DNA of 63,811 nt, filler included, from Nemertoderma westbladi (taxonomy: Eukaryota; Animalia; Xenacoelomorpha): the NCBI GenBank assembly GCA_032718475.1. It is 3 parts of 3 records of this genome, joined end to end, with 100 filler letters (N's around TTAATTAATTAA, not from the genome) between each part and the next. Parts side by side here need not be neighbours in the genome. Positions count along the whole stretch, not along the records: positions 1 to 22,889 come from JAUCBJ010003345.1; positions 22,990 to 54,571 come from JAUCBJ010007540.1; 1 more part is not named here. The stretch is one strand, 5' to 3'. Of this stretch, positions 21,201-33,004 are shown in pieces (position 1 is the stretch's first letter; each line of letters opens with the position of its first letter). The notes under the pieces were generated by a model. It was not told the DNA's origin. It was given only the letters and a program-made list of their open reading frames with translations, and ran no database searches. The position numbers were made by a program, and so were the translations under genes.

Positions 21201-22594
21201 ACAAGGTAGCGGATGCTCTATCCCGGGCTCCAATTCAACATTCCAATCCTGAAGATGAAGATGGTGAATGTCATGATACAGTTTCACCATCTATAAGAAC
21301 CCTACAAGCTGTTGATGACTTTGGTATAGTGGCCCTCCCAAATATTGGTATTGATACAATACATTCAATTGCCACCACCGACTCAGAATACAAAGATCTC
21401 CTGGAAGTCATAATCGCTGGTTTTCCAGATAATAAATCTATCCTTCCCATTGCCCTGCATAAGTATTGGGGAGTACGGGGTGAACTAACCACTGATAATG
21501 GGATCATTCTCAAAGGTGCAAGACTACTTATCCCCAAAGCACTACGCGGCAAAATATTAGAAGAATTGCATTCTTCACATCAAGGTCAAGAACGCACTAA
21601 ACGCAGAGCCCGTCAAGTAGTATACTGGCCCAATATTGATAATGATATTGACAACAAGGTTTCTAACTGCAGTAGCTGCCGCAAATATCAAAGTCATTTA
21701 CCTTCAGAGCCACTTATATCTGAACCAACACCATCATTACCATTTCAATCAACATCAAGCGACATATTTACCTTTGGAGGTAATGACTATCTTGCCTTTG
21801 TAGATAAGTTATCTGGTTGGCCCTGTCTTACCCGTTTTCATGGATCAGCTAACAGCACAAAGGTTATTCAATCATTGCGTAACTGGTTCCCGAATGTTGG
21901 TGTTCCCCAAAAGTTAACAACAGACGGAGGACCCCAATACAATTCAAAACGTTTCACTGATTTCTGCAAACGCTGGAACATACATCATGAGAAATCATCT
22001 CCATATCATCCAAAAGCAAATGGCCATGCAGAGGCAGCTGTGAAGTCACTAAAACGATTAGTTCAAAAAACAGCTCACCTACCAGATCCAGAAGAAGCCC
22101 TACAAAGAGGTTTGTTGGAGCTTAGAAACACCCCAAGAATCGATGGGCGTAGCCCAGCACAAATTCTATTTGGTAGACCTCTCTCATCATTTGTGGTGGC
22201 ACATCACCATTCGTTCACAGCTGATTATCAAATAGCTGCTGATAAAGCTGATGCAAACTATAAACAGTACCGTAATGACTATAAAGATTACTACAATAGA
22301 ACGGCTCATTCCCTTACACAGTTGAAGGTTGGTTGCCAAGTTGACATACAAAACCCACGTAACCATCTTTGGGACAAGCTCGGTGTTATTGTTGCTGTGG
22401 GGAAGCGTCGGGATTATATGGTTCGCCTCGGTAGTGGGCGCATATATTGGCGCAATCGTCGCTTTTTGCGTCCATACAATAACTCATCAAAAGAACAAAA
22501 CATACCAACAGAATTACAAAACCAAATCCTAATGACACCTCGTCGTAGTACCAGAAAACATTCCCCAGTGCAACGATTTGGAATAACTACATAA
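18224..22594 (+). CDS. Gag-pol polyprotein
   Basis: Two zinc knuckles (CWHCGGERHLRSNC, CPHCGRIGHFSNVC), protease DSG, RT (DARHGYWQ, VVDD), RNase H (TDAS, ELELLA, IDHKPL, ADALSR) and integrase (HHCC, TDGGPQ, NGHAE). First ATG at 18224. Confidence 0.96.
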   Translation: MPSTLTKLKQQRNGISSHTKQLIVEGKQFLNDGTNADSENIENIRDKLYSYNIKIEDFNQQILDKISDDDEYEEEIENSMKFQEVIMDVSISLTNRLKRLQDNPSPSSTSDRNTTPTPRPVSTASAPQLVSTTSFADFLHWEQRWADFYECQHLARQSIETQRATIRSCFDDEILRFIQRGIIAIPEEPTLSDFITAVRVFIRQQRNILLDRMAFYQRSQEQGEPFNEYLASIRELHLASDFALDVNCHQCQLHNSELIRDRIVVGICDDETQHKLLSTPELTIDDAIRICKAEEAAHKTSTSLSGTTVINRFKNISAYKKQQRSTFIKSAQLAGPVKTPDASNNYVNQNSTCWHCGGERHLRSNCPASGKQCPHCGRIGHFSNVCRSKSSQIDHNPHHKNFRLKMSYASIHTLKVTEETIKINLRLIGNPELAVHWIGDSGSDYNAINYNLYKRLGGHQDNLSPDNHPVELADGRPIPSLGIATCELLYNDNTYNIQVHVYKKLTDPLLCRQTLRDIGLLHPKWPNHLNLAVSTASRTISTDSTREQFLLQYSDVFDDSSLPPMSGPSMAIQLKPDSTPYHVNGARTIPYAYRDQIKLQLDDMEGKGIIERVTQPCNWCHPIVIVDKPHSTEKRMTVDLTHLNNQVNTVIHPCVTPKDAISGIQRGSSYFTTIDARHGYWQVPLDEKSRALTTFITPWGRYRYLRDPQGFVCAGDEYNRRTDAAFEGIQNFKKVVDDAIAYDNDYNKHLERVHQILQCARNNGITLSAKKFIFAKPEVKFCGYIINSDGWKTDPDKLKAIQDFPIPTNKTDLRSFLGLTQQFAEFIEVAKLTEPLRSLLTKQVEFLWDSNHQDAFNKTCKSLTDTPTLSFFDLRLPTKLETDASRTKGLGYALWQLDGSSWKLIQVGSRYLADVETRYAMIELELLAVVWATKKCQNFLLGTEFQLIIDHKPLLPFLNSYALNNVENPRLLRMLLKLQQFRFKATWVPGKEHKVADALSRAPIQHSNPEDEDGECHDTVSPSIRTLQAVDDFGIVALPNIGIDTIHSIATTDSEYKDLLEVIIAGFPDNKSILPIALHKYWGVRGELTTDNGIILKGARLLIPKALRGKILEELHSSHQGQERTKRRARQVVYWPNIDNDIDNKVSNCSSCRKYQSHLPSEPLISEPTPSLPFQSTSSDIFTFGGNDYLAFVDKLSGWPCLTRFHGSANSTKVIQSLRNWFPNVGVPQKLTTDGGPQYNSKRFTDFCKRWNIHHEKSSPYHPKANGHAEAAVKSLKRLVQKTAHLPDPEEALQRGLLELRNTPRIDGRSPAQILFGRPLSSFVVAHHHSFTADYQIAADKADANYKQYRNDYKDYYNRTAHSLTQLKVGCQVDIQNPRNHLWDKLGVIVAVGKRRDYMVRLGSGRIYWRNRRFLRPYNNSSKEQNIPTELQNQILMTPRRSTRKHSPVQRFGITT

Positions 22595-22674
22595 ATTACA
22601 TGGAAACAATCTACATAATTTCAATGCTTTAAGAGACTAAAAATCGAATCCACATTTTAATGCTCCTTCGACTT

Positions 22675-22684
22675 GAGGGGGACG
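22675..22684 (+). promoter_or_regulatory. Polypurine tract
   Basis: GAGGGGGACG lies immediately before the 3' LTR. Confidence 0.75.
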
Positions 22685-22889
22685 TGATACGATATCAATC
22701 TAAATGATTTAAAGTGAGCGAGAGGGAAATTCAAACTGATGAATTATATAATTATATAATTATAATACTTGTCTTAGGGAGATAGGTGGCGGGTCGTACT
22801 ACCGGTATATAACTGTCAGTGTCAGTCAGTATGCTCTATCTGTCAGTGGAAATAATAATTAATTATCATGCAGAGTATTTGCTTTTATA
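22685..22889 (+). repeat. 3' LTR (truncated by the assembly gap)
   Basis: Direct repeat of 17892-18096. Confidence 0.95.
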
Positions 22890-22989
22890 NNNNNNNNNNN
22901 NNNNNNNNNNNNNNNNNNNNNNNNNNNNNNNNNTTAATTAATTAANNNNNNNNNNNNNNNNNNNNNNNNNNNNNNNNNNNNNNNNNNNN
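22890..22989. other. Assembly gap (100-nt spacer with a central TTAATTAATTAA marker)
   Basis: N44-TTAATTAATTAA-N44, identical in form to 54572-54671. Confidence 0.95.
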
Positions 22990-23059
22990 TGTCGATAAGC
23001 CGGCACAGCATTCTTAAAAATGCAGCTGCAATGCAGCATGCCGATCCTAGTAGTAGTAG
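22990..23059 (+). mobile_element. 3' end of RTE copy 3 with (TAG)4 tail
   Basis: AAGCCGGCACAGCATTCTTAAAAATGCAGCTGCAATGCAG matches 11752-11791. Confidence 0.9.
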
Positions 23060-23584
23060 TACCTCGACTCGGATTATTCGGTGGAGGTCTGCGGTAGCTA
23101 TCGGCGTGGGTTGCCTAGCAGCGGGGACGTTGACTGTCTGGTCGCTCATCCCTCATACACCTCGCTAAATAAAAGTAAATCCAACCGTTTGTTACAGAAT
23201 ATTGTAGATAGATTATCTAGTAAGGACGAAGGTTATTTTATAACAGATAAGATATCTGAAGGAGCAGTTAAGTTTATGGGAGTATCCCGTCTCCCCACTA
23301 CTAATGTAGACGATTCTACCACAAACCATTACCGTAGACTTGATATACGATTAGTTCCCATAGATGAATTCCCTTGCGCTCTGCTTTATTTTACTGGTAG
23401 CGATATGTTCAACAAATCGATGCGGTCCCACGCATTGGAACAAGGTTTCACTCTCAACGAATACTGTCTGCGTCCCTTGGGGGACACAGGGGTCCCGGGC
23501 GAGGCCCTCCCAGTCGAAAGTGAACGGGATGTATTCGATTTTATTGATTTCCCTTATAAAGAGCCCTATGAACGCTGTTTGTAA
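23060..23584 (+). CDS. POLB: DNA polymerase beta (family X), C-terminal half; 5' part not seen, may be a disrupted copy
   Basis: LDSDYSVEVCGSYRRG..SGDVD, KFMGV, RRLDIRL, LYFTGSD, MRSHALEQGFTLNEY and GEALPVESERDVF follow pol beta closely to the natural stop. Confidence 0.88.
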   Translation, partial: YLDSDYSVEVCGSYRRGLPSSGDVDCLVAHPSYTSLNKSKSNRLLQNIVDRLSSKDEGYFITDKISEGAVKFMGVSRLPTTNVDDSTTNHYRRLDIRLVPIDEFPCALLYFTGSDMFNKSMRSHALEQGFTLNEYCLRPLGDTGVPGEALPVESERDVFDFIDFPYKEPYERCL

Positions 23585-24914
23585 GAATATTGCGAGTTTA
23601 TAATCCCGGTACTGTAATATTTTGTTCAATATTATCTTCGTTGTGTTTTATTTACCTAGCTTTTTTAACACAATCTGCATTTATTACAGTACTGTGCGGG
23701 CATTTCTACAGGAAGTACTATATTTTATTATATTCTTTCTATAAGTTTAAAAAAAAGTTTCTTTTCTATATGTTTTAACATTCCATTTCAGACTGGTCAT
23801 TAATTAATGTTAATTAATTAATCTGGTATTGTTTGAAAATAAAATAGATTAATATAAGTAGGTGGTTGTACCTGCATTATTTTCTTTATCGTATTCACAA
23901 AGCGCTAAGCGGGGGAATCTACTTTATTTCCTATACCAAACATCGGTAAGGGCAGTCACATTTTGTTGACATTATTATCAATTGAAGATATATTGATAAA
24001 CTTTGTACTTCCAAGTCGTTTTCGAAACTAATATTGTTATTATTACTTTACATTCCACATATAATTGACTCTCCTATTTATGTGGCAAATATATGTTAGG
24101 TTGTTAGCCTTAGATATTTTTTTAGCTTAAGATACTAACTTCAGTGTTTTAAGTAAAATATGTGTTAACTAAATTATGTTACCTGTATTCCAAATCTAAA
24201 CTATTTATGTGTTGAATGGTCCACATGACCAATGTGAACTAATATGAACACATTCCATCTATTATATATAAAGCTGTAATTTAGTTTATTTTAGCCCAAG
24301 TGCGAGTGTAATTTACATACAGTATCTAATATCTATAATAAAATTATATTGTAGTTAATATAACTCTTGCTGCTGATAATTGTTTTTGTATATTTATTTT
24401 TATTGAACTTGTAATTCCTTTACTATTTATTTTCGTTTAAAAACCACATCATGTAATTTAATTCGTTGACGATTGTTTTCTCACGAGCGACTGATTCATC
24501 CATGTATTTATATCTTAATAATCTAACAATGTGATTCCAAATAAACTAATATTATACTTTCTGACAAACCAACTGCGTAGAAAATATATTCTTTTAGGCC
24601 TAGACCATTATTTATTCCAAACCTTTAGAAACTGAAGGTCCTAAGAAACTCAGTTTTATAAAATATAATAAACTCATTCGATCCTTATAATTATATTTAT
24701 ATATCAGATTTTTTTTATTAGGACGACGTTATTTATTATATTATGTTTAGTTATTATAAGATCAATGGTATTGTTATTATAGATAAATATTGTTATTATT
24801 ATTTATTATATATCGTTTAGTTACATTATTATATGTTTCAGTTATTTTAACTTACCTTTGTTATTTTCGATAAGAAGATATTTATTTAGATTCACCATAA
24901 ACTACTAGCTCGGC

Positions 24915-25712
24915 ATGCCGTTATCCAATTGGCTTCCAGCGTTCCCGGGTTTGTCATGGCTACCCTACGTGGTAGCCCTGTGGATGCTACTCACCTTTTT
25001 GAGTTCCTACGTAACTGCCGTGGTTTTGGGACACGTTGTGCCGGCTCTGCCTTACATAAGCGACACCGGGACTTTACCGCCGGAGAGCTGCGTATTCGGA
25101 CAAATGTTGAACATCGCAGCGCTTCTGGTGGGTTTCCTAGGTTACAGTCGATACAAACAACTGTGTCATTACCAACCGCACCCACTCGTAAACAAACTCC
25201 TACTGTTCGTGGTGGTTATAGCTGCCTTCGGGGCTAGCCTTGTAGCCAACTTCCAAGAGAAGAATGTTATTGTGGTCCACGTAATAGGGGCTTTCGCGGT
25301 GTTTGGTGGAGGAAACCTTTATTGTCTGGTACAAACATTTGTTTCGTACCGTTTGGTAGACCGTCTCGGTACCAAACGGACCTGCCATATCCGGGCTGTG
25401 TTATCTGTGTTGCAGACAGTGCTCCTGACCATTATGTCCACGTTGACTTCCGTCTCCTTTTCCCGACTCCGTGAATGGGACCCTGACGCCGACCCCATGC
25501 ACTGGGTGAACACGTGGCCGGGCTACGACATTCATATCGCCGCTGCCACCGCCGAATGGCTTCTCGGGATTGTACTGGTTTTATACTTCCTCACTTTCTC
25601 TGCCGATTTTCGATTGTTTTCTCTCGATCTAGTGATGAGGGCGGCCAACGATGAATACGTTATGGGGGTCGGGGGAGATAGCCTGAGTTCATTGGCTAAT
25701 CGCGAAGCCTAA
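24915..25712 (+). CDS. DRAM: DRAM (Frag1/DRAM/Sfk1 family) multi-pass membrane protein, single exon
   Basis: HVVPALPYISDTGTLPPESCVFGQMLN, VANFQ, VHVIGA and AEW motifs, with about six hydrophobic segments. Intact from ATG to TAA. AATAAA at 25735-25740. Confidence 0.92.
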   Translation: MPLSNWLPAFPGLSWLPYVVALWMLLTFLSSYVTAVVLGHVVPALPYISDTGTLPPESCVFGQMLNIAALLVGFLGYSRYKQLCHYQPHPLVNKLLLFVVVIAAFGASLVANFQEKNVIVVHVIGAFAVFGGGNLYCLVQTFVSYRLVDRLGTKRTCHIRAVLSVLQTVLLTIMSTLTSVSFSRLREWDPDADPMHWVNTWPGYDIHIAAATAEWLLGIVLVLYFLTFSADFRLFSLDLVMRAANDEYVMGVGGDSLSSLANREA

Positions 25713-26817
25713 ATCTATTATATTATATAGGTATAATAAACATTGCTTGTTGGTTGTAATAACTATTTTGTAGTGTATATAAACTGTATGATTAACCAAC
25801 TATTAATTTAATTAATTATTTTATATATTTACTAATTTATTACTTCGTATTATAAGTGGTGCTATTACTTAACTAATTTGATGGCATCAAGTTACTCGGA
25901 TCGAGTATAGTATTAGGGTAATGTTATACCCGGTATTCTGTTAGTACTGTAATGTGACATATTGATGCTTAATGTGATAAATGGATGATGTGTGGATTAA
26001 ATGGATGATAAATGCACGTGACATTAATTGTGGGGGGGGGGGGGGGGGGGTGGGTAGTACCAGGGCCTTGTAGTACCCCTTTATTTTCGAAATTATGAAA
26101 TTAATTTTATGATCCTTTGCTGTGGCGAATTTAATGTAAATTTCAAATCTGTAAACTGTTTTCTCATATCTTTTCTTAAACTGATTAAAAAGAGTCTACC
26201 TAGGGTAGTCTGTTTTGTATACAAGCCTTCGAGCAGCACTATATTTTACAATCGAATAAACCAATTTTCATCAAAAAGGCTCCCAAGGTAAAGAATAGAT
26301 ATTAAAGATGAGTAAAATTGCTAAAATAATGAAATTATTTTAATTAATTTTTGACAAAGTTATTGTTGAACAACGACAAATGGTGTTATGTAAAATAGCG
26401 GGAAAATTTGAATTTTTCTTTAAAACTTTACTTTAACACATTATCTCAGGATAACTTCTTTCAAGAAAAAGGAAGTTTTTCCGCCAATTTTTACTGAAAG
26501 TAAAATAAAGTAGTTGAAATTTGGTGCACTTCTGCCGAATACCACTGTCAATAAAACTTTAACTAACTAATAAAATTAACCAATATCGTTAAAAACGCTC
26601 AGGAACCTTTATGGAAAAGTCCCCAAAATAGCTTATTTTTTGACAAAAATGTTAAGATCCATTTTGGGGCGCTGGTTAACCATTGAATAGCTAGGAATTA
26701 ATACAGTATTAGTGGGCCCTATTGACTTATTTACACTCTAAAATTATTGCTTAGACCATATACTTAAATTTATCTCATTATTCCCATAGATATTATATTG
26801 GCCAGAAGGTTTTTAAG

Positions 26818-26949
26818 GAAGCAGGAGAATTCGGTCCCGGACAATTCGGTCCCGGACAATTCGGTCCCGGACAAATCGGTCCCATTTATTTAGTGTTTTG
26901 GGACCGAATTGTCCGGGACCGAATTGTCGGGACCGAATTGTCCTACATC
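26818..26949. mobile_element. Short fold-back element built from 15-bp units
   Basis: About four copies of AATTCGGTCCCGGAC, then three inverted copies (GGGACCGAATTGTCC) across a ~15-bp spacer. Confidence 0.75.
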
Positions 26950-27025
26950 TGGTTTTTACCTGTAATATTGTAATATATTGTAGGCCCTAATTACCATCAT
27001 CACGTTAAGGAGAAATTGACTTAGA

Positions 27026-30000
27026 TGCTATCGTACGTACCCACACTACCACTTACATACCCACGCTACCACTTACATACCCACGCTATCACTTACATAC
27101 CCACGCTATCACTTACATACCCACGCTATCACTTACATACCCATGCTATCACTTACATACCCACGCTATCACTTACGTACCCACGCTATCACTTACGTAC
27201 CCACGCTATCACTTACGTACCCACGCTATCACTTACATACCCATGCTATCACTTACATACCCACGCTATCACTTACGTACCCACTCTTTCACTTACATAC
27301 CCACGCTATCACTTACGTACCCACGCTATCACTTACGTACCCACGCTATCACTTACATACCCACGCTATCACTTACATACCCACGCTATCACTTACATAC
27401 CCACGCTATCACTTACATACCCATGCTATCACTTACATACCCACGCTATCACTTACGTACCCACGCTATCACTTACGTACCCACGCTATCACTTACGTAC
27501 CCATGCTATCACTTACGTACCCACGCTATCACTTACGTACCCACGCTATCACTTACATACCCATGCTATCACTTACATACCCACGCTATCACTTACGTAC
27601 CCACGCTATCACTTACATACCCACGCTATCACTTACGTACCCACGCTATCACTTACATACCCACGCTATCACTTACATACCCACGCTATCACTTACATAC
27701 CCACGCTATCACTTACATACCCATGCTATCACTTACATACCCACGCTATCACTTACGTACCCACTCTTTCACTTACATACCCACGCTATCACTTACATAC
27801 CCACGCTATCACTTACGTACCCACGCTATCACTTACGTACCCACTCTTTCACTTACATACCCACGCTATCACTTACGTACCCACGCTATCACTTACGTAC
27901 CCACGCTATCACTTACATACCCACGCTATCACTTACATACCCACGCTATCACTTACATACCCACGCTATCACTTACATACCCATGCTATCACTTACATAC
28001 CCACGCTATCACTTACGTACCCACTCTTTCACTTACATACCCACGCTATCACTTACGTACCCACGCTATCACTTACGTACCCACGCTATCACTTACATAC
28101 CCACGCTATCACTTACATACCCACGCTATCACTTACATACCCACGCTATCACTTACATACCCACGCTATCACTTACATACCCACGCTATCACTTACATAC
28201 CCATGCTATCACTTACATACCCACGCTATCACTTACGTACCCACGCTATCACTTACGTACCCACGCTATCACTTACGTACCCACGCTATCACTTACGTAC
28301 CCACGCTATCACTTACATACCCATGCTATCACTTACATACCCACGCTATCACTTACGTACCCACGCTTTCACTTACATACCCACGCTATCACTTACGTAC
28401 CCACGCTATCACTTACGTACCCACGCTATCACTTACATACCCACGCTATCACTTACATACCCACGCTATCACTTACATACCCACGCTATCACTTACATAC
28501 CCATGCTATCACTTACATACCCACGCTATCACTTACGTACCCACGCTATCACTTACGTACCCACGCTATCACTTACATACCCATGCTATCACTTACATAC
28601 CCACGCTATCACTTACATACCCACGCTATCACTTACATACCCACGCTATCACTTACATACCCATGCTATCACTTACATACCCACGCTATCACTTACGTAC
28701 CCACGCTATCACTTACGTACCCACGCTATCACTTACATACCCATGCTATCACTTACATACCCACGCTATCACTTACGTACCCACTCTTTCACTTACATAC
28801 CCACGCTATCACTTACGTACCCACGCTATCACTTACGTACCCACGCTATCACTTACATACCCACGCTATCACTTACGTACCCACGCTATCACTTACATAC
28901 CCATGCTATCACTTACATACCCACGCTATCACTTACGTACCCACTCTTTCACTTACATACCCACGCTATCACTTACGTACCCACGCTATCACTTACGTAC
29001 CCACGCTATCACTTACATACCCACGCTACCACTTACGTACCCACGCTATCACTTACATACCCACGCTATCACTTACATACCCACTCTATCACTTACGTAC
29101 CCACGCTATCACTTACATACCCACGCTATCACTTACATACCCACGCTATCACTTACATACCCACGCTACCACTTACATACCCACGCTACCACTTACGTAC
29201 CCACGCTATCACTTACATACCCACGCTTACATACCCACGCTATCACTTACGTACCAACTCTTTCACTTACATACCCACGCTATCACTTACGTACCCACGC
29301 TATCACTTACGTACCCACGCTATCACTTACGTACCCACTCTTTCACTTACATACCCACGCTATCACTTACGTACCCACGCTATCACTTACATACCCACGC
29401 TATCACTTACATACCCACGCTATCACTTACGTACCCACTCTTTCACTTACATACCCACGCTATCACTTACGTACCCACGCTATCACTTACGTACCCACGC
29501 TATCACTTACGTACCCACTCTTTCACTTACATACCCACGCTATCACTTACGTACCCACGCTATCACTTACATACCCACGCTATCACTTACGTACCCACGC
29601 TATCACTTACGTACCCACGCTATCACTTACATACCCACGCTATCACTTACATACCCACGCTATCACTTACATACCCACGCTATCACTTACATACCCACGC
29701 TATCACTTACGTACCCACGCTATCACTTACGTACCCACGCTATCACTTACGTACCCACTCTTTCACTTACGTACCCACGCTATCACTTACATACCCACGC
29801 TATCACTTACGTACCCACGCTATCACTTACATACCCACGCTATCACTTACGTACCCACGCTATCACTTACATACCCACGCTATCACTTACATACCCACGC
29901 TATCACTTACATACCCACGCTATCACTTACATACCCACGCTATCACTTACGTACCGGTACCCATGCTTTCACTTACATACCCACGCTATCACTTACGTAC

Positions 30001-32974
30001 CGGTACCCATGCTTCCACTTACGTACCCACGCTATCACTTACATACCCACGCTATCACTTACATACCCACGCTATCACTTACATACCCACGCTATCACTT
30101 ACGTACCGGTACCCATGCTTTCACTTACATACCCACGCTATCACTTACATACCCACGCTATCACTTACCACGTACCCACGCTATCACTAACGTACCCACG
30201 CTTTCACATACATACCCACGCTATCACTTACATACCCATGCTATCACTTACATACCCACGCTATCACTTACATACCCACGCTATCACTTACATACCCACG
30301 CTATCACTTACATACCCACGCTATCACTTACATACCCACGCTATCACTTACATACCCACGCTATCACTTACGTACCGGTACCCATGCTTTCACTTACATA
30401 CCCACGCTATCACTTACATACCCACGCTATCACTTACCACGTACCCACGCTATCACTAACGTACCCACGCTTTCACTTACATACCCACGCTATCACTTAC
30501 GTACCCACGCTATCACTTACATACTCACGCTATCACTTACATACCCATGCTATCACTTACATACCCACGCTATCACTTACGTACCCACGCTATCACTTAC
30601 ATACCCACGCTATCACTTACATACCCACGCTATCACTTACATACCCACTCTTTCACTTACATACCCACGCTATCACTTACGTGCCCACGCTATCACTTAC
30701 ATACCCATGCTATCACTTACATACCCACGCTATCACTTTCGTACCCACTCTTTCACTTACGTACCCACGCTATCACTTACATACCCACGCTATCACTTTC
30801 GTACCCACTCTTTCATTTACGTACCCACGCTATCACTTACATACCTACTCTATCACTTACGTACCCACTCTATCACTTACATACCCACGCTATCACTTAC
30901 ATACCCATGCTATCACTTACATACCCACTCTTTCACTTACGTACCCACGCTATCACTTACATACCCACGCTATCACTTACATACCCACGCTATCACTTAC
31001 ATACCCACGCTATCACTTACGTACCCACGCTATCACTTACATACCCACTCTATCACTTACGTACCCACGCTATCACTTACGTACCCACGCTTTCACTTAC
31101 ATACCCACGCTATCACGTACGTACCCACTCTATCACTTACATACCCACGCTATCACTTACATACCCATGCTATCACTTACATACCCACTCTTTCACTTAC
31201 GTACCCACGCTATCACTTACATACCCACGCTATCACTTACGTACCCACGCTATCACTTACATACCCACGCTATCACTTACGTACCCACGCTTTCACTTAC
31301 ATACCCACGCTATCACGTACGTACCCACGCTATCACTTAAATACCCACGCTATCACTTACATACCCACGCTATCACTTACATACCCACGCTATCACTTAC
31401 ATACCCACGCTATCACTTACGTACCCACGCTATCACTTACATACCCACGCTATCACTTACGTACCCACTCTTTCACTTACATACCCACGCTATCACTTAC
31501 GTACCCACGCTTTCACTTACATACCCACGCTATCACGTACGTACCCACGCTATCACTTACATACCCACGCTATCACTTACATACCCACGCTATCACTTAC
31601 ATACCCACGCTATCACTTACGTACCCACGCTATCACTTACATACCCACGCTATCACTTACGTACCCACGCTATCACTTACATACCCACGCTATCACTTAC
31701 GTACCCACGCTATCACTTACATACCCACGCTATCACTTACGTACCCACTCTTTCACTTACATACCCACGCTATCACTTACGTGCCCACGCTATCACTTAC
31801 ATACCCACGCTATCACTTACATACCCACGCTATCACTTACATACCCACGCTATCACTTACGTACCCACTCTTTCACTTACATACCCACGCTATCACTTAC
31901 GTGCCCACGCTATCACTTACATACCCATGCTATCACTTACATACCCACGCTATCACTTACATACCCATGCTATCACTTACATACCTACTCTATCACTTAC
32001 GTACCCACTCTATCACTTACATACCCACGCTATCACTTACATACCCATGCTATCACTTACATACCCACTCTTTCACTTACGTACCCACGCTATCACTTAC
32101 ATACCCACACTATCACTTACATACCCACGCTATCACTTACATACCCACAATATCACTTACATACCCACGCTATCACTTACGTACCCACGCTATCACTTAC
32201 ATACCCATGCTATCACTTACATACCCACGCTATCACTTACGTACCCACGCTATCACTTACGTACCCACGCTATCACTTACATACCCACTCTATCACTTAC
32301 GTACCCACGCTATCACTTACATACCCACGCTATCACTTACATACCCACGCTATCACTTACGTACCCACGCTATCACTTACATACCCATGCTATCACTTAC
32401 ATACCCACGCTATCACTTACGTACCCACGCTATCACTTACATACCCATGCTATCACTTACATACCCATGCTATCACTTACATACCCACGCTATCACTTAC
32501 GTACCCACGCTATCACTTTCATACCCATGCTATCACTTACATACCCACGCTATCACTTACGTACCCACGCTATCACTTACGTACCCACGCTATCACTTAC
32601 ATACCCACTCTATCACTTACGTACCCACGCTATCACTTACATACCCACGCTATCACTTACATACCCACGCTATCACTTACGTACCCACGCTATCACTTAC
32701 ATACCCACGCTATCACTTACATACCCACACTATCACTTACATACCCACGCTATCACTTACATACCCATGCTATCACTTACATACCCACGCTATCACTTAC
32801 GTACCCACGCTATCACTTACATACCCATGCTATCACTTACATACCCACGCTATCACTTACGTACCCACTCTTTCACTTACATACCCACGCTATCACTTAC
32901 ATACCCACTCTATCACTTACGTACCCACTCTATCACTTACATACCCACGCTATCACTTACATACCCACGCTATC
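27026..32974. repeat. 20-bp satellite, ~297 copies
   Basis: Unit CCCACGCTATCACTTAC(A/G)TA, very homogeneous, with a few phase shifts. Confidence 0.98.
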
Positions 32975-33004
32975 CAATACGTTACCAATACGTTATAATC
33001 GTTA

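Larger units (their letters stand above)
17892..22889 (+). mobile_element. Young Ty3/Gypsy LTR retrotransposon (Mag-like)
   Basis: Two LTRs, PBS, PPT and a single intact gag-pol ORF in PR-RT-RH-IN order. The 3' end runs into a gap. Confidence 0.96.

Noticed and set aside
8463-22532. Short antisense and alternate-frame ORFs inside the LINE, RTE and Gypsy coding regions
   Set aside because: They are shadows of the real reading frames and have no independent motifs.
22934-22945. TTAATTAATTAA palindrome between N runs (also 54616-54627)
   Set aside because: It is an artificial gap marker with identical layout at both gaps. Adjacency across the gaps should not be trusted.
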